From positions 19,462 to 83,461 of the forward strand of contig JAXKGF010000046.1 in NCBI GenBank assembly GCA_036550515.1: a DNA stretch of 64,000 nucleotides, written 5' to 3'. A program made the translations under genes and the position numbers. Shown one piece after another: positions 1 through 9,354 of the stretch. Position 1 is the first letter of the stretch; each line of letters begins with the position of its first letter. The DNA is from Collinsella sp. (GTDB taxonomy: Bacteria > Actinomycetota > Coriobacteriia > Coriobacteriales > Coriobacteriaceae). Under the pieces are notes generated by a model. It saw only the letters and a program-made list of their open reading frames with translations. It ran no database searches and had not been told where the DNA came from.

Positions 1-2085
1 GCACGCATTGCGCGCTGGATGAGTCGCGAGTACGTCGCAACGCTTTCCGAGTGCCTGCGCCTGTTCTTGCCCCCGGGTGGAAGTCCGCGGGTCGTAAAGG
101 GCGATGATGGGGAATGGACGGTTGAGCGCCCCGCCGTCAAACCCATTCAAAACCGCTGGGTCATGCTCACGCCCGAGGGTTTCGACTACACGCCGCCCAA
201 GACCGCGGTCCGTCAGCGTCAGCTCATCGAGGCGCTCCAATGCGGCCCGGTCACGACGCGCGACCTCAACCTGCTCTACAACAGTATGTCGGCGACCATC
301 AAGGCGCTCGAAAAACGCGGCGTCGTGGTGGTGGAGGAGCGCCGTGCGTGGCGTGGCTGCAGCGAGCAGACCACGCTGTCCTCGGCGAGTGGCAAGGCCC
401 CGGTGGCACTTACCAGCGGCCAACGGCAAGCCCTCGCGCAGATTGAGCGCGCACGCCTGGACGCTCACGGTGATGTGGTACTGGTCGACGGCGTCACCGG
501 CTCCGGCAAAACCGAGGTTTACCTCTCTGCCATCGAACGCGTGCTGGCCGCCGGCCGTTCGGCCTGCGTGCTCGTGCCCGAGATTTCGCTGACGGCCCAG
601 ACCGTCGGCCGCTTCCGCTCGCGCTTTGGCGAGACGGTCGCTGTGTTCCATTCGCGTCTTTCTGCCGGCGAACGTCTGGACCAGTGGGATTTGGTCGCCA
701 GCGGTGCCGCGCGCGTGGTCGTGGGCGCCCGCTCGGCTCTCTTTTGCCCGCTCAACGACCTGGGCCTCATTATCATCGACGAGGAGCACGAGACCAGCTA
801 CAAGCAGGGTTCCAGCCCGCGCTACCATGCGCGCGAGGTGGCGGCCGAGATGGCGCGCCGCTATCGGTGCCCACTCGTGCTGGGCTCCGCCACGCCCTCT
901 GCCGAGGCCCTCGACCGCTGCCGCCGCGGCACGTACGGCGGCGTCACCTGGACGCGCGTCGAGATGCCCGAGCGCCCGGGGCACGCCGTGTTGCCTACGG
1001 TTCGCATTGCCGACCTGCGCCGTGAGTTCGCACACGGCAGCCGCTCCATGTTCTCTAAACCGCTGATGGAAGGCCTGGAGCGTGTGGTCGAGCGTCGCGA
1101 AAAGGCCGTGTTGCTGCACAACCGTCGCGGCTTTGCGCCGTTTCTTATGTGCCGTGAATGCGGCTGCGTGCCAACCTGCAACCACTGCTCCACCGCGCTC
1201 ACGTACCACGAGCGCACGCACACGCTGCAGTGCCACACTTGCGGATCGTCCTGGCGCGTGCAGCCCTATCCGGCGCCCACGAGTCGCTGTCCCAAGTGCG
1301 GCAGCCGCTACCTGGCAAAAATGGGGCTGGGCACACAGCAGATCGAGGACGCACTGCACCAGATGCTGCCCGACGACGTCGCCATCATTCGCATGGACGC
1401 CGATTCCACGCGCGGCAAGGATGCACACAAAAAGCTGCTCGAGCAGTTCGATGCTGCCGATTGCGCGGTGCTGCTGGGTACCCAGATGATCGCCAAGGGC
1501 CTCGACTTTCCCGAGGTCACGCTCGTGGGCGTGGTCAATGCCGACTTTGCGCTCAAGCTGCCCGATTTTAGAGCAGGGGAGCGCGCCTACGATCTGCTGG
1601 AGCAGGTCGCCGGCCGCGCAGGTCGCGGGGACCGCCCCGGTGAGGTCATCATCCAGACCTACCTGCCCGAAGATCCGGTCATTCGCGCCGTCGCTGAGCA
1701 CGACCGTTCGATCTTTACCGACTACGACCTGGACCAGCGCCGCGACGCCCTGTATCCGCCCTTCGTGCGCCTGGCCAACATCTTGGTATGGTCGAGGAAC
1801 GCGGATGACGCGCGGGACTACATCGGTCGCATCGCGAAGTTCCTCAAGCGTCGCTGGCATGCCGCCGCGCCCGACTTTTTGCGGCAGGGGAGTGCCGTGC
1901 CCCAGGTGCTTGGTCCGGCTTCGTGTGTAATCGAGAGAGCCAAGGACCGTTACCGCTTCCATCTGCTTGTGAAGTCGCCGGTAGGGTACCATGTCTCTGA
2001 TGCTATCGACGCCTGCCTCAAAGAGGTGGGCTCCGCGCGTGGCGTGAGCGTGAGTGTTGACGTCGACGTTTATGATTTGATGTAA
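1..2085 (+). CDS. priA: primosomal protein N' / replication-restart helicase PriA (5' end upstream of window)
   Basis: Frame is open from nt 1. Walker A DGVTGSGKTEVY, DEEH box (IIIDEEHE), Cys-rich zinc insert CRECGCVPTCNHCSTALTYH..CHTCG..CPKCGS, and QVAGRAGR motif. Confidence 0.9.
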   Translation, partial: ARIARWMSREYVATLSECLRLFLPPGGSPRVVKGDDGEWTVERPAVKPIQNRWVMLTPEGFDYTPPKTAVRQRQLIEALQCGPVTTRDLNLLYNSMSATIKALEKRGVVVVEERRAWRGCSEQTTLSSASGKAPVALTSGQRQALAQIERARLDAHGDVVLVDGVTGSGKTEVYLSAIERVLAAGRSACVLVPEISLTAQTVGRFRSRFGETVAVFHSRLSAGERLDQWDLVASGAARVVVGARSALFCPLNDLGLIIIDEEHETSYKQGSSPRYHAREVAAEMARRYRCPLVLGSATPSAEALDRCRRGTYGGVTWTRVEMPERPGHAVLPTVRIADLRREFAHGSRSMFSKPLMEGLERVVERREKAVLLHNRRGFAPFLMCRECGCVPTCNHCSTALTYHERTHTLQCHTCGSSWRVQPYPAPTSRCPKCGSRYLAKMGLGTQQIEDALHQMLPDDVAIIRMDADSTRGKDAHKKLLEQFDAADCAVLLGTQMIAKGLDFPEVTLVGVVNADFALKLPDFRAGERAYDLLEQVAGRAGRGDRPGEVIIQTYLPEDPVIRAVAEHDRSIFTDYDLDQRRDALYPPFVRLANILVWSRNADDARDYIGRIAKFLKRRWHAAAPDFLRQGSAVPQVLGPASCVIERAKDRYRFHLLVKSPVGYHVSDAIDACLKEVGSARGVSVSVDVDVYDLM

Positions 2086-2097
2086 CAACCCGAAAGG

Positions 2098-2640
2098 ATG
2101 GCCATGGAAGCCAACGGAATCGTACTGTCGCCCGACCCTCGTCTGCGCCAGGAGTGCGCCGTCATCGAGGAGATCACCCCGGCGATCGAGGCGCTTGCCG
2201 AGAAGATGAAGAAGATGATGTTCGAGAACGGCGGTTGCGGCCTTGCCGCCCCGCAGATCGGCGAGCTCATCCAGCTTGTCACCATTGACTGCGACTATAG
2301 CGACAAAAACGACTATGACCCGTACGTTCTCATTAACCCTGTCATTGTTGAGCAGAGCGACCATCTGGTGCCTTTTAGCGAGGGCTGCCTTTCCATTCCG
2401 GGCATTAGCTGCGAGATCGAGCGTCCCGATCACGTTGTCGTCGAGGCGTATGACCTGGATGCCAACCTGATTCGCTATGAGGCCACAGGCGACCTGTTCT
2501 GCGTGTGCTTGCAGCATGAGATCGATCACCTGCACGGCAATACCATGTTCGAGCGACTTAAGCCCATGCAGCGCATCAAGGCAGTCAAGGAGTACCAGGA
2601 CGCCCTGGCCCGCGGCGCTCGACCGGGCGAGACGGAGTAG
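2098..2640 (+). CDS. def: peptide deformylase
   Basis: All three deformylase motifs are present: GLAAPQIG, EGCLSIPG, QHEIDHLHG. GAAAGG RBS lies upstream of the ATG. Confidence 0.95.
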   Translation: MAMEANGIVLSPDPRLRQECAVIEEITPAIEALAEKMKKMMFENGGCGLAAPQIGELIQLVTIDCDYSDKNDYDPYVLINPVIVEQSDHLVPFSEGCLSIPGISCEIERPDHVVVEAYDLDANLIRYEATGDLFCVCLQHEIDHLHGNTMFERLKPMQRIKAVKEYQDALARGARPGETE

Positions 2641-2648
2641 GTCCCACC

Positions 2649-2750
2649 GTCCCCGGTGCTGAGCGCCCACATATCATCCCGTGCTCAAACATTCTCGCTG
2701 CGCTGCGAAACTGCGCGCGGGACGATATGTGGGCGCTCAGCACCGGGGAC
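2649..2750. repeat. long inverted repeat / hairpin (32-nt arms, 38-nt loop)
   Basis: 2649-2680 is the reverse complement of 2719-2750 at 31 of 32 positions. It starts 9 nt after the def stop and has no U-tract. Confidence 0.8.
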
Positions 2751-2966
2751 TGCGTTGTTCTGGCTTGGTTCGCCCGGGTGCCGTTGGGCCAAGGAGGGGC
2801 GTCTTCGCTGATAGGTGCTTTGTTGGGAGGGCTGCTTTTATGCGGCTCTTTCTTTGTTTTTGGGTATATTTGTTCTTGTTGAATTGTTATTGCGGATGGG
2901 CTGAGTACTTGGCTTTCCGCTGTTATTTGTAGCCGTCTCGGCTTTGGTTGAGGGGAGACGTTCTTT

Positions 2967-3887
2967 ATGCGTATTGTGTTTATGGGTACGCCTGACTTTG
3001 CTGTGCCTTCGCTGGCTTCGCTTGTTGAGGCTGGGAACGAGATTGCGCTTGTTGTTACTCGTCCCGATGCTGTTCGTGGGCGTGGTAAAAAGTTGGAGCC
3101 GTCTCCTGTTAAGGCTAAGGCGCTTGAGCTGGGGTTGCCGGTCGTTGAAGCAAATCGTATGACGCCTGAGGTTGTTGAGGCGCTCCAAGCTGCGCAGGCT
3201 GATATTTTCTGTGTGGCTGCCTATGGCTGCATTTTGCCTGATGATGTGCTGCATATGGCGCCGCTTGGTATTGCGAATGTTCATGCTTCGCTGCTGCCTC
3301 GTTGGCGTGGCGCTGCTCCCATTCAGCGTGCCATTCTTGCTGGTGATGAGGTTGCTGGCGTTTCCATTATGCGCATTGGGCATGGCGTGGATACGGGCGC
3401 ATATTGCGCCCAGGCGTCTACGTCGGTTGCCGGTAAGCATGCCGAGGCGCTTACGATGGAGCTTGGTGAGCTTGGCGGTAAGTTGCTTGCCGATACGCTT
3501 CCCTCGCTTGCCGATGGCTCGGCTGTTTGGACCGAGCAGGATGAGTCCCTCGTCACGCATGCTGCCAAGATTTCCAAGCAGGAGATGCGTCTGGATCCGA
3601 AGATGGCGGCGCTCGATTGCGTGCGTCATGTGCTTGCTTCGTCCGATACCGCGCCCGCCCGTTGCGTGATTGCCGGTAAGTCGGTTCGTGTGCTCGATGC
3701 TGCGCCGGCTGATGTGTCGCTTGGCGAGGGCGCTGTTGCCGTCAAGAGCAAGCGTGTTTACCTGGGCCTTTCCGATGGCGCGGTTGAACTGCTCGAGGTT
3801 AAGCCCGATGGCAAGCGTGCCATGGCTGCTTCTGCCTGGGCTGCCGGCCTGCAGGGTGTCGACCTTACGTGGGGTGTACTGTCATGA
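2967..3887 (+). CDS. fmt: methionyl-tRNA formyltransferase
   Basis: N-terminus MRIVFMGTPDFAVPSL, HASLLPRWRGAAPIQRAI motif, and conserved def-fmt synteny. GAGGGGAG RBS. Confidence 0.93.
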   Translation: MRIVFMGTPDFAVPSLASLVEAGNEIALVVTRPDAVRGRGKKLEPSPVKAKALELGLPVVEANRMTPEVVEALQAAQADIFCVAAYGCILPDDVLHMAPLGIANVHASLLPRWRGAAPIQRAILAGDEVAGVSIMRIGHGVDTGAYCAQASTSVAGKHAEALTMELGELGGKLLADTLPSLADGSAVWTEQDESLVTHAAKISKQEMRLDPKMAALDCVRHVLASSDTAPARCVIAGKSVRVLDAAPADVSLGEGAVAVKSKRVYLGLSDGAVELLEVKPDGKRAMAASAWAAGLQGVDLTWGVLS

Positions 3888-5284
3888 GCAAGTTGTCTCC
3901 CGCTCGCAAGCTTGCGCTCGATGTGTTAATGGAGGCCGATCGCCGCGGTATGTACGCACGCGACATGTTGTCTACCCGTGCGTCCGCCAAGGCCATTGAC
4001 CAGCGCGATTCCGCTTTTGCCGCGCGTTTGGCGCTCGGTGTTGCCGCCACGCAGGGTATTTTGGATGAGTTGCTCGATCAGTTTTTGGATAAGCCCAAAA
4101 AGGTTGCGCCGCGTGTTCGCATGGCGCTTCGCATCTCGGCCTTCGAGATGCTCTATTTGCATACGCCGGGCCGCGTTGCCGTAAGTCAGGGTGTTGAGCT
4201 GGTGCGCTGCGGTGCCAAGTCTGCCGCGGGCCTGGCTAACGCGGTGCTGCACAAGGTTGCGGATAACGTTGAGGACTTTGCCACAGCATCCGACGTGGAT
4301 GAGTCCGAGCGTCGCCTGGTTCGCTTGTCTCGTTTGATGGGTCTTCCTCGCTGGCTGTGCGCTCGTATTATGGCCTCATTCGATACACCCGAGGGCGCGC
4401 TCAACTTTGCCGGTAATCTGGCGCCTGCGCCGCTTGCTCTGCACGAGAATGCGTTTGCGACCAAGACCGACCCGTATATCTCGCAGCTCGTTGCGCCTGT
4501 CTTCCCGGGCTGCCATGCTCCGGTCGATGCGCAGGTCACGGTTGCATCGGGCGTATTTGAGCGTGCTGCCGCGGTTGCCTCGGACCTCAACGCTCAGCTT
4601 ATCGCCACTGCCGCGACACGTCCCGGTCGTTGCCTGGAGATTGGAGCCGGTCGCGGCACCAAGACCTATGTGATGATGTGCCAGGCCAAGCGAGCCGGGT
4701 ACGAGCGTCAGCATACCGCGCTCGATCTGCACGATCGCAAGTGCGATCAGAATCTCGCGCGCCTTCATAAGGCGGGTATTACGGGTGTTCGTACGGTGTC
4801 GGGCGATGCCTGCGAGCTCAATGAGGTGCTTACGTCGTTTGATGCCATGCTTGGCGAGCCCGCCCTGTTCGACACGGTGTTCATCGATGCACCGTGCTCT
4901 GGCACTGGCACCATGCGCCGTCACCCCGAGATTCCGTGGCGTCTGACCGAGAACGACGTTACGACTGAGCTGCCCAAGCTGCAGCTGACGATGCTCAAGG
5001 AAGCAGCCGCGCGCGTGGCTGCCGGCGGTGAGCTCATCTATGCGACGTGCTCGGTCTTTGATGAGGAGAACGGGCAGGTCGTTAATGCCTTCCTGGCCTC
5101 TCCCGAGGGCGCAGGCTTTAGCCTGGCACCCCTCTCCGAGGCGCAGATTCTGCAGTTACCCGAGTTTGCCCAGGCCAAGAAGCTAGTAACCGTCCGCCAA
5201 AGCGACCGAGGGCTTTTCCAGAGCGTCCCCATAAACGTAGATTCCTACGACGGCCACTTCTGCGCCCGCCTGATTCACAAGTAA
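3884..5284 (+). CDS. rsmB: 16S rRNA (cytosine967-C5)-methyltransferase RsmB/Sun
   Basis: NusB-like N-terminal domain plus a SAM methyltransferase (LEIGAGRGTKT, FIDAPCSGTGTMRRHPE, YATCS). The start ATG overlaps the fmt stop as ATGA; the track ORF starts at GTG 3869. Confidence 0.88.
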   Translation: MSKLSPARKLALDVLMEADRRGMYARDMLSTRASAKAIDQRDSAFAARLALGVAATQGILDELLDQFLDKPKKVAPRVRMALRISAFEMLYLHTPGRVAVSQGVELVRCGAKSAAGLANAVLHKVADNVEDFATASDVDESERRLVRLSRLMGLPRWLCARIMASFDTPEGALNFAGNLAPAPLALHENAFATKTDPYISQLVAPVFPGCHAPVDAQVTVASGVFERAAAVASDLNAQLIATAATRPGRCLEIGAGRGTKTYVMMCQAKRAGYERQHTALDLHDRKCDQNLARLHKAGITGVRTVSGDACELNEVLTSFDAMLGEPALFDTVFIDAPCSGTGTMRRHPEIPWRLTENDVTTELPKLQLTMLKEAAARVAAGGELIYATCSVFDEENGQVVNAFLASPEGAGFSLAPLSEAQILQLPEFAQAKKLVTVRQSDRGLFQSVPINVDSYDGHFCARLIHK

Positions 5285-5290
5285 TTACTA

Positions 5291-5357
5291 AGTTGCGGTC
5301 AAATAGGGATTGAATAGCGGCATCTACCCGCCAAATAGTCCTTATTTCACCGCAACT
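5291..5357. repeat. palindromic element copy A (AGTTGCGGTcAAATA ... TATTTCACCGCAACT)
   Basis: The 15-nt arms are complementary at 14 of 15 positions. The termini are almost identical to copy B at 5632-5698. Confidence 0.75.
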
Positions 5358-5443
5358 CAGAAGGTCGTGCGAGTGGAGATCGCAATAGCGGTAAAGAATG
5401 GAAGGATAGCCCTGTCTCAAACTTGCTGTTATCAAAAGTAGGG

Positions 5444-5575
5444 CGGATTACGGGGCTAGATTGGTGATGCCCGACCACATCAAAAATGGTCTAAATTAAA
5501 CCGCAGGTAGATGGCTTGTTGAAATTTGCAAATTACCGGAATGGATAGAGGCTGTCAATTCAGCCCCGTAATCCG
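5444..5575. repeat. long-range inverted repeat (CGGATTACGGGGCT / AGCCCCGTAATCCG)
   Basis: Perfect 14-nt arms at 5444-5457 and 5562-5575 within the AT-richer rsmB/fmdB spacer. Confidence 0.7.
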
Positions 5576-5631
5576 GCAGAGTTTTGAAATGTTACAAACT
5601 TAGCATCAGCCTGAAATCCGATCTAAAGAAA

Positions 5632-5698
5632 AGTTGCGGTGAAATGGTTCCTGTTTGGCCGTTGGATGGGCTGATTCAGGAACTATTTCACCGCAACT
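5632..5698. repeat. palindromic element copy B (AGTTGCGGTGAAATGGTTCCTG ... CAGGAACTATTTCACCGCAACT)
   Basis: The 22-nt arms are complementary at 21 of 22 positions. It shares the AAGTTGCGGT...ACCGCAACTCA ends with copy A. Confidence 0.8.
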
Positions 5699-5732
5699 CA
5701 TAAGGAAACCTGGGTGGCGGGACCGCTTGTCT

Positions 5733-5969
5733 TTAGTGGTTATGTGGGCAGTTGGCGCAGCAGCCGCTTGTGGCGTTGGTGCTGGAACCACCGCTGCGCT
5801 GGTCGGTGTTGTAGAATCCGCTGCCCTCAAACTTGATGCCGCTGGCCGAGAACGTCTTGGCCGCCGGGGCACCGCAGTTCGGGCACACGACCTCGGGGGT
5901 CTCGGACATGGGATGCTCAACCTCAAACACGTTGCCGCAGCTCGAGCACTTGTAATCGTAGCGCGCCAT
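5733..5969 (-). CDS. FmdB-family zinc-ribbon protein
   Basis: MARYDYKCSSCGNVFEVEHPMSE..VVCPNCG: the CxxC..CxxC zinc ribbon typical of the FmdB putative regulatory family. Confidence 0.8.
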   Translation of the reverse strand: MARYDYKCSSCGNVFEVEHPMSETPEVVCPNCGAPAAKTFSASGIKFEGSGFYNTDQRSGGSSTNATSGCCANCPHNH

Positions 5970-6057
5970 AATACTTCCTTTTCAGCACAAAGCGGGCAGA
6001 TCGCTCTGCCCGCATAAATTCAAACAGCTGTAACTGTACCCTATATCGGGGGTTTTA

Positions 6058-9000
6058 TCACGCTTCGCCCCAGAATCTATGGGTGTTGCGCAGGAGCTGT
6101 GCAGTTTTGCCTTCGGCGGCCGAAACGTCGGCCTCATCGGCCTGCCAGGTCCAGTTGCCCGTGGCGACACCCGGCACGTTCATACGCGCGTCGTCGCCTA
6201 GCCCCAGTACATCCTGCAGCGGCATCATCACCAGGGGAGCGTCGCTTGCCAGCGCGTCGCTCATCAGCTTAGCCGCGCACTCAACGCCGCTCGGCTCATC
6301 GCCGCCCGCAAAGGAGCGCGTGCACCAACCGGCGAGCGTCGACGTGTCGTGCGTCGAGGTGTACAGAATCTTGCCCGGCGTGGGATACACGCCGTTGCGG
6401 ACGTCGTAATCGCTAAACTCCAGCACGTCCATACCGGGGAAGCCGCAGGTTGAAGCCATGGCGCGAACGCCGGGCGTCAGGTAGCCCAGGTCCTCGGCGA
6501 TAAAGTTGAGCGGCCCCAGCTCGTCATAGGCAGTCTGGAACAGATCCTTGCCCGGACCCGCCAGCCAGCGGCCGTCGGCGCAAGCCTTACCTGCGGGAAT
6601 GCTAAAGTAGCTATGGAATCCCAGGAAGTGGTCCAGGCGCACACGGTCGTAGAGCGAGAACGCGCGACGCAGACGGTCCATCCACCAGCGGTAGCCGTTC
6701 TCCTTCATGTGATCCCAACGGAAGGTGGGATTGCCCCACATCTGGCCCTCGGGCGCAAAATTGTCGGGCGGCGCGCCAGAAATCTCAATCGCCTTGCCGG
6801 TATCGGACAGCCAGAAGTTCTCGGGCTCGCTCCACGCATCGGCCGAATCGTCCGAAACATACATAGGAATATCGCCGATGACCTCGATGCCCTTCTTGTG
6901 CGCATAGTTCATGAGCTCGCACCAAGCAAGGTCAAAGCGGTACTGCATGTACGCCTGCAGCTCGGCCTCGTTATGGAAGCGCTTGTCGTCGATCAGATGC
7001 TCGTTGTAGCGCGCGACATCTGCCGGCCAATCGTGGCGCGACTCGCCTTCAAAGTACTTTTTGACGGCCATATAGACGCAGTATTTCTCGAGCCAATCGG
7101 CATTGCGATGTTTAAACGCTGTGTACAACGGATCGGCATCTTCGCCGCCGCGGGCCTTCCAAGTCTCAAAGTCGGCGGCCAGCTCCTCGTGACTCTCGGG
7201 TAGCAGGTCGATATTGCCTGCAAAGGCCGAAGGACCGGCGTAAGGGGAGCGGAAGAAGTCCGTGGGGTTGACGGGGAGAACCTGCCAGTAGCGCATGCCC
7301 ATGGCGGCCAGATGGTCGATAAAACGACGCGTGGGCGCGCCGATCGTACCGGGCTTGCCGTCGTCGGTGGGCACCGAAGTGATATGGCACACAACACCCG
7401 CACCGTGATCGAGCGGCTCCTGCAGGCGCTGCTCGACATGGTGATAGATGATCGACGAGCCCAGCGGGTACAAGTCGAGCGTGACCGTGCCGTTGTGGAT
7501 TTCGCATTCGTGGCCACTAATCACATCGCTCGCACATTCGCCGAGTGCCGGAATGGTCACACGATGCGAGTTGCGCAGGCTGCGGTTGATGATAACGGTC
7601 GCAGACTCGCCGTCCTTGCCCGTACGGTTGTAGGCCAGCACCTCGTCATTGAGTGCAAAGGCCTTGATCTCACCATCGATCATAAACGGCAGTGCGCGGC
7701 GCACAGCAGATGCGTTCTTGACGATCGCGAACGTATCGAAGTCGTGCAGGTCTTCCTTGGTCGGCATCGTGCGGCGATTACCCGGATCGGTCAGGCCCTC
7801 AAGGCCGTACTCGTCACCATAGTAAATCGAAGGCACACCGGGGAACGTCATCTGCATGAGCGTCGCGAGCCAAAAACGGCTTTTGGCCAGGCCCATTGCG
7901 TTCTCGTCCAGGCGCCACTTGCTGCGCTCGCACTCGGGCAGCTGTGACTCGTCAGGGCCGCCGCCGAGCACCGAGATAATGCGCGGACGGTCGTGGCTCG
8001 ACAGCAGGTTGAGCGCGCAAGACAGGGCCTCACGCGGATAGTTCTCGCGCAGGGTCTCGATATCCTCGGCTGCCTGGTAGGCGTTCTTGTAGCCCATCAA
8101 AAAGCCGATGACCATGTCGCGGAAGGGGTAATCCATAGCAGAGTCCAGTTCGGAGCCCTGCAGGTAGCGGCGCAGATGGCCGTAGCTAATCTTGTTGGAG
8201 GCGTCTTCCCAGACTTCGCCGAGCAACAGTGCGTCGGGCTTTTCGGCAAGTACGGCCTTCTTGATTTCGGCCAGGAAGTCGTCGGAAAGCTCGTCGGCGA
8301 CATCCAGGCGCCAACCATGGGCACCGGCGCGCAGCCATTTGCGGATCACGCCGTCCTTGCCCAGGAGCCTCTCGCGTACCAGCTCGGACTTCTCGTTGAT
8401 GGCTGGCATGTTGCCCACGCCCCACCAGCAATCGTACGAGCCGTCCTCGTGGAAGGTAAACGCATCGCGCCACGGCGAATCCTCGCTCTGCCAGGCACCC
8501 ACGCCCGGGTAGTTGCCATAGCGGTTGAAATATATCGAGTCGTCGCCCGTGTGGTTGAAGACGCCGTCCAGGATGATGGAGATGCCCAGCTTTTCGGCTG
8601 CCTGGCAAAGCTCGGTAAAGTCCTGCTCGGTGCCCAGGATCGGGTCGATCTTGGTGTAGTCGGCCGTGTCGTAGCGGTGGTTGCTCGCAGCTTCAAAGAT
8701 GGGGTTGAGATAGATGGTCGTAAAGCCCAGCTCGGCGATGCGGGGCAGGTCTTCCTGAATGCCCTTGAGCGAGCCGCCGTAGAAGTCCCAGGTCTTGATG
8801 GAGCCGTCTTCGGCGCGGTCGTACACGGGCGGCTCGTTCCAGTCCTCGACCATCCGGCGCTGAATGCCCTTGCGCGGTTTTTCGAGTTGGGCCATTGTGC
8901 GCTCGCGCCAATGCTCGTCACGGGCGTAGCGGTCGGGGAAGATCTGGTAGACCATGCCACGCTCGTACCAGTTGGGGCGGTTCTCGCGGTGCTTGTAGAC

Positions 9001-9354
9001 GGTAATCTGGAAGGACGGCACCTCGGCGTAGCTGTAGGTTACGCCCTCGCCGCCGGTGCGTCCTTGCGGCGCACCCAGGCGGACCTCGGGCTGGCCCTCG
9101 ATATTGCAGATAAAGCTGTACCACACAAGACACGGTTCATCGCATTTGAGCTCGCCGGTAAAAATGCCATCGCCCTCGTGTTCCATCGGGATAAGGGTCT
9201 CGCCGACTTCATCGACCCAGGTACGCAGGGTGAGTGTTGCCTGGTTGGGATCGGCATCCTCCAAAATTACCGAGAGTGCAACGGAAGTTCCAGTGGTCAC
9301 AGCGCCAAACGGAGTGCGAAACTGCGGTAGGCGGCTGTTGTGAATCAATCTCAT
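6058..9354 (-). CDS. bifunctional alpha-amylase-family (GH13) enzyme fused to 4-alpha-glucanotransferase (GH77, MalQ-like)
   Basis: The N-terminal ~640 aa carry the GH13 regions DGVFNHTGDDS, GWRLDVADEL, GEVWED and LLSSHDRPR. The C-terminal ~450 aa look like amylomaltase (RYWQVLPVNPT, GDIPMYVS, NPTFRWD, YTSTHDT). Confidence 0.88.
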   Translation of the reverse strand: MRLIHNSRLPQFRTPFGAVTTGTSVALSVILEDADPNQATLTLRTWVDEVGETLIPMEHEGDGIFTGELKCDEPCLVWYSFICNIEGQPEVRLGAPQGRTGGEGVTYSYAEVPSFQITVYKHRENRPNWYERGMVYQIFPDRYARDEHWRERTMAQLEKPRKGIQRRMVEDWNEPPVYDRAEDGSIKTWDFYGGSLKGIQEDLPRIAELGFTTIYLNPIFEAASNHRYDTADYTKIDPILGTEQDFTELCQAAEKLGISIILDGVFNHTGDDSIYFNRYGNYPGVGAWQSEDSPWRDAFTFHEDGSYDCWWGVGNMPAINEKSELVRERLLGKDGVIRKWLRAGAHGWRLDVADELSDDFLAEIKKAVLAEKPDALLLGEVWEDASNKISYGHLRRYLQGSELDSAMDYPFRDMVIGFLMGYKNAYQAAEDIETLRENYPREALSCALNLLSSHDRPRIISVLGGGPDESQLPECERSKWRLDENAMGLAKSRFWLATLMQMTFPGVPSIYYGDEYGLEGLTDPGNRRTMPTKEDLHDFDTFAIVKNASAVRRALPFMIDGEIKAFALNDEVLAYNRTGKDGESATVIINRSLRNSHRVTIPALGECASDVISGHECEIHNGTVTLDLYPLGSSIIYHHVEQRLQEPLDHGAGVVCHITSVPTDDGKPGTIGAPTRRFIDHLAAMGMRYWQVLPVNPTDFFRSPYAGPSAFAGNIDLLPESHEELAADFETWKARGGEDADPLYTAFKHRNADWLEKYCVYMAVKKYFEGESRHDWPADVARYNEHLIDDKRFHNEAELQAYMQYRFDLAWCELMNYAHKKGIEVIGDIPMYVSDDSADAWSEPENFWLSDTGKAIEISGAPPDNFAPEGQMWGNPTFRWDHMKENGYRWWMDRLRRAFSLYDRVRLDHFLGFHSYFSIPAGKACADGRWLAGPGKDLFQTAYDELGPLNFIAEDLGYLTPGVRAMASTCGFPGMDVLEFSDYDVRNGVYPTPGKILYTSTHDTSTLAGWCTRSFAGGDEPSGVECAAKLMSDALASDAPLVMMPLQDVLGLGDDARMNVPGVATGNWTWQADEADVSAAEGKTAQLLRNTHRFWGEA

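Noticed and set aside
5534-5547. The 14-mer TACCGGAATGGATA is shared between the 5.5-kb spacer and the 43.57-kb IR element (43574-43587)
   Set aside because: Roughly ten or more 14-mer coincidences are expected by chance in a 64-kb window when both strands are compared. The flanks do not align.
7993-9330. 445-aa plus-strand ORF, and similar long antisense ORFs at 15427-16860, 17666-19066, 25051-26328, 34002-35597, 39338-40480 and 61383-62480
   Set aside because: Each lies opposite a gene with strong family motifs (GH13/GH77, glgP, glgB, lysA, nadE, ettA, surface protein). They are stop-poor antisense frames of GC-rich coding sequence with no RBS or motifs.
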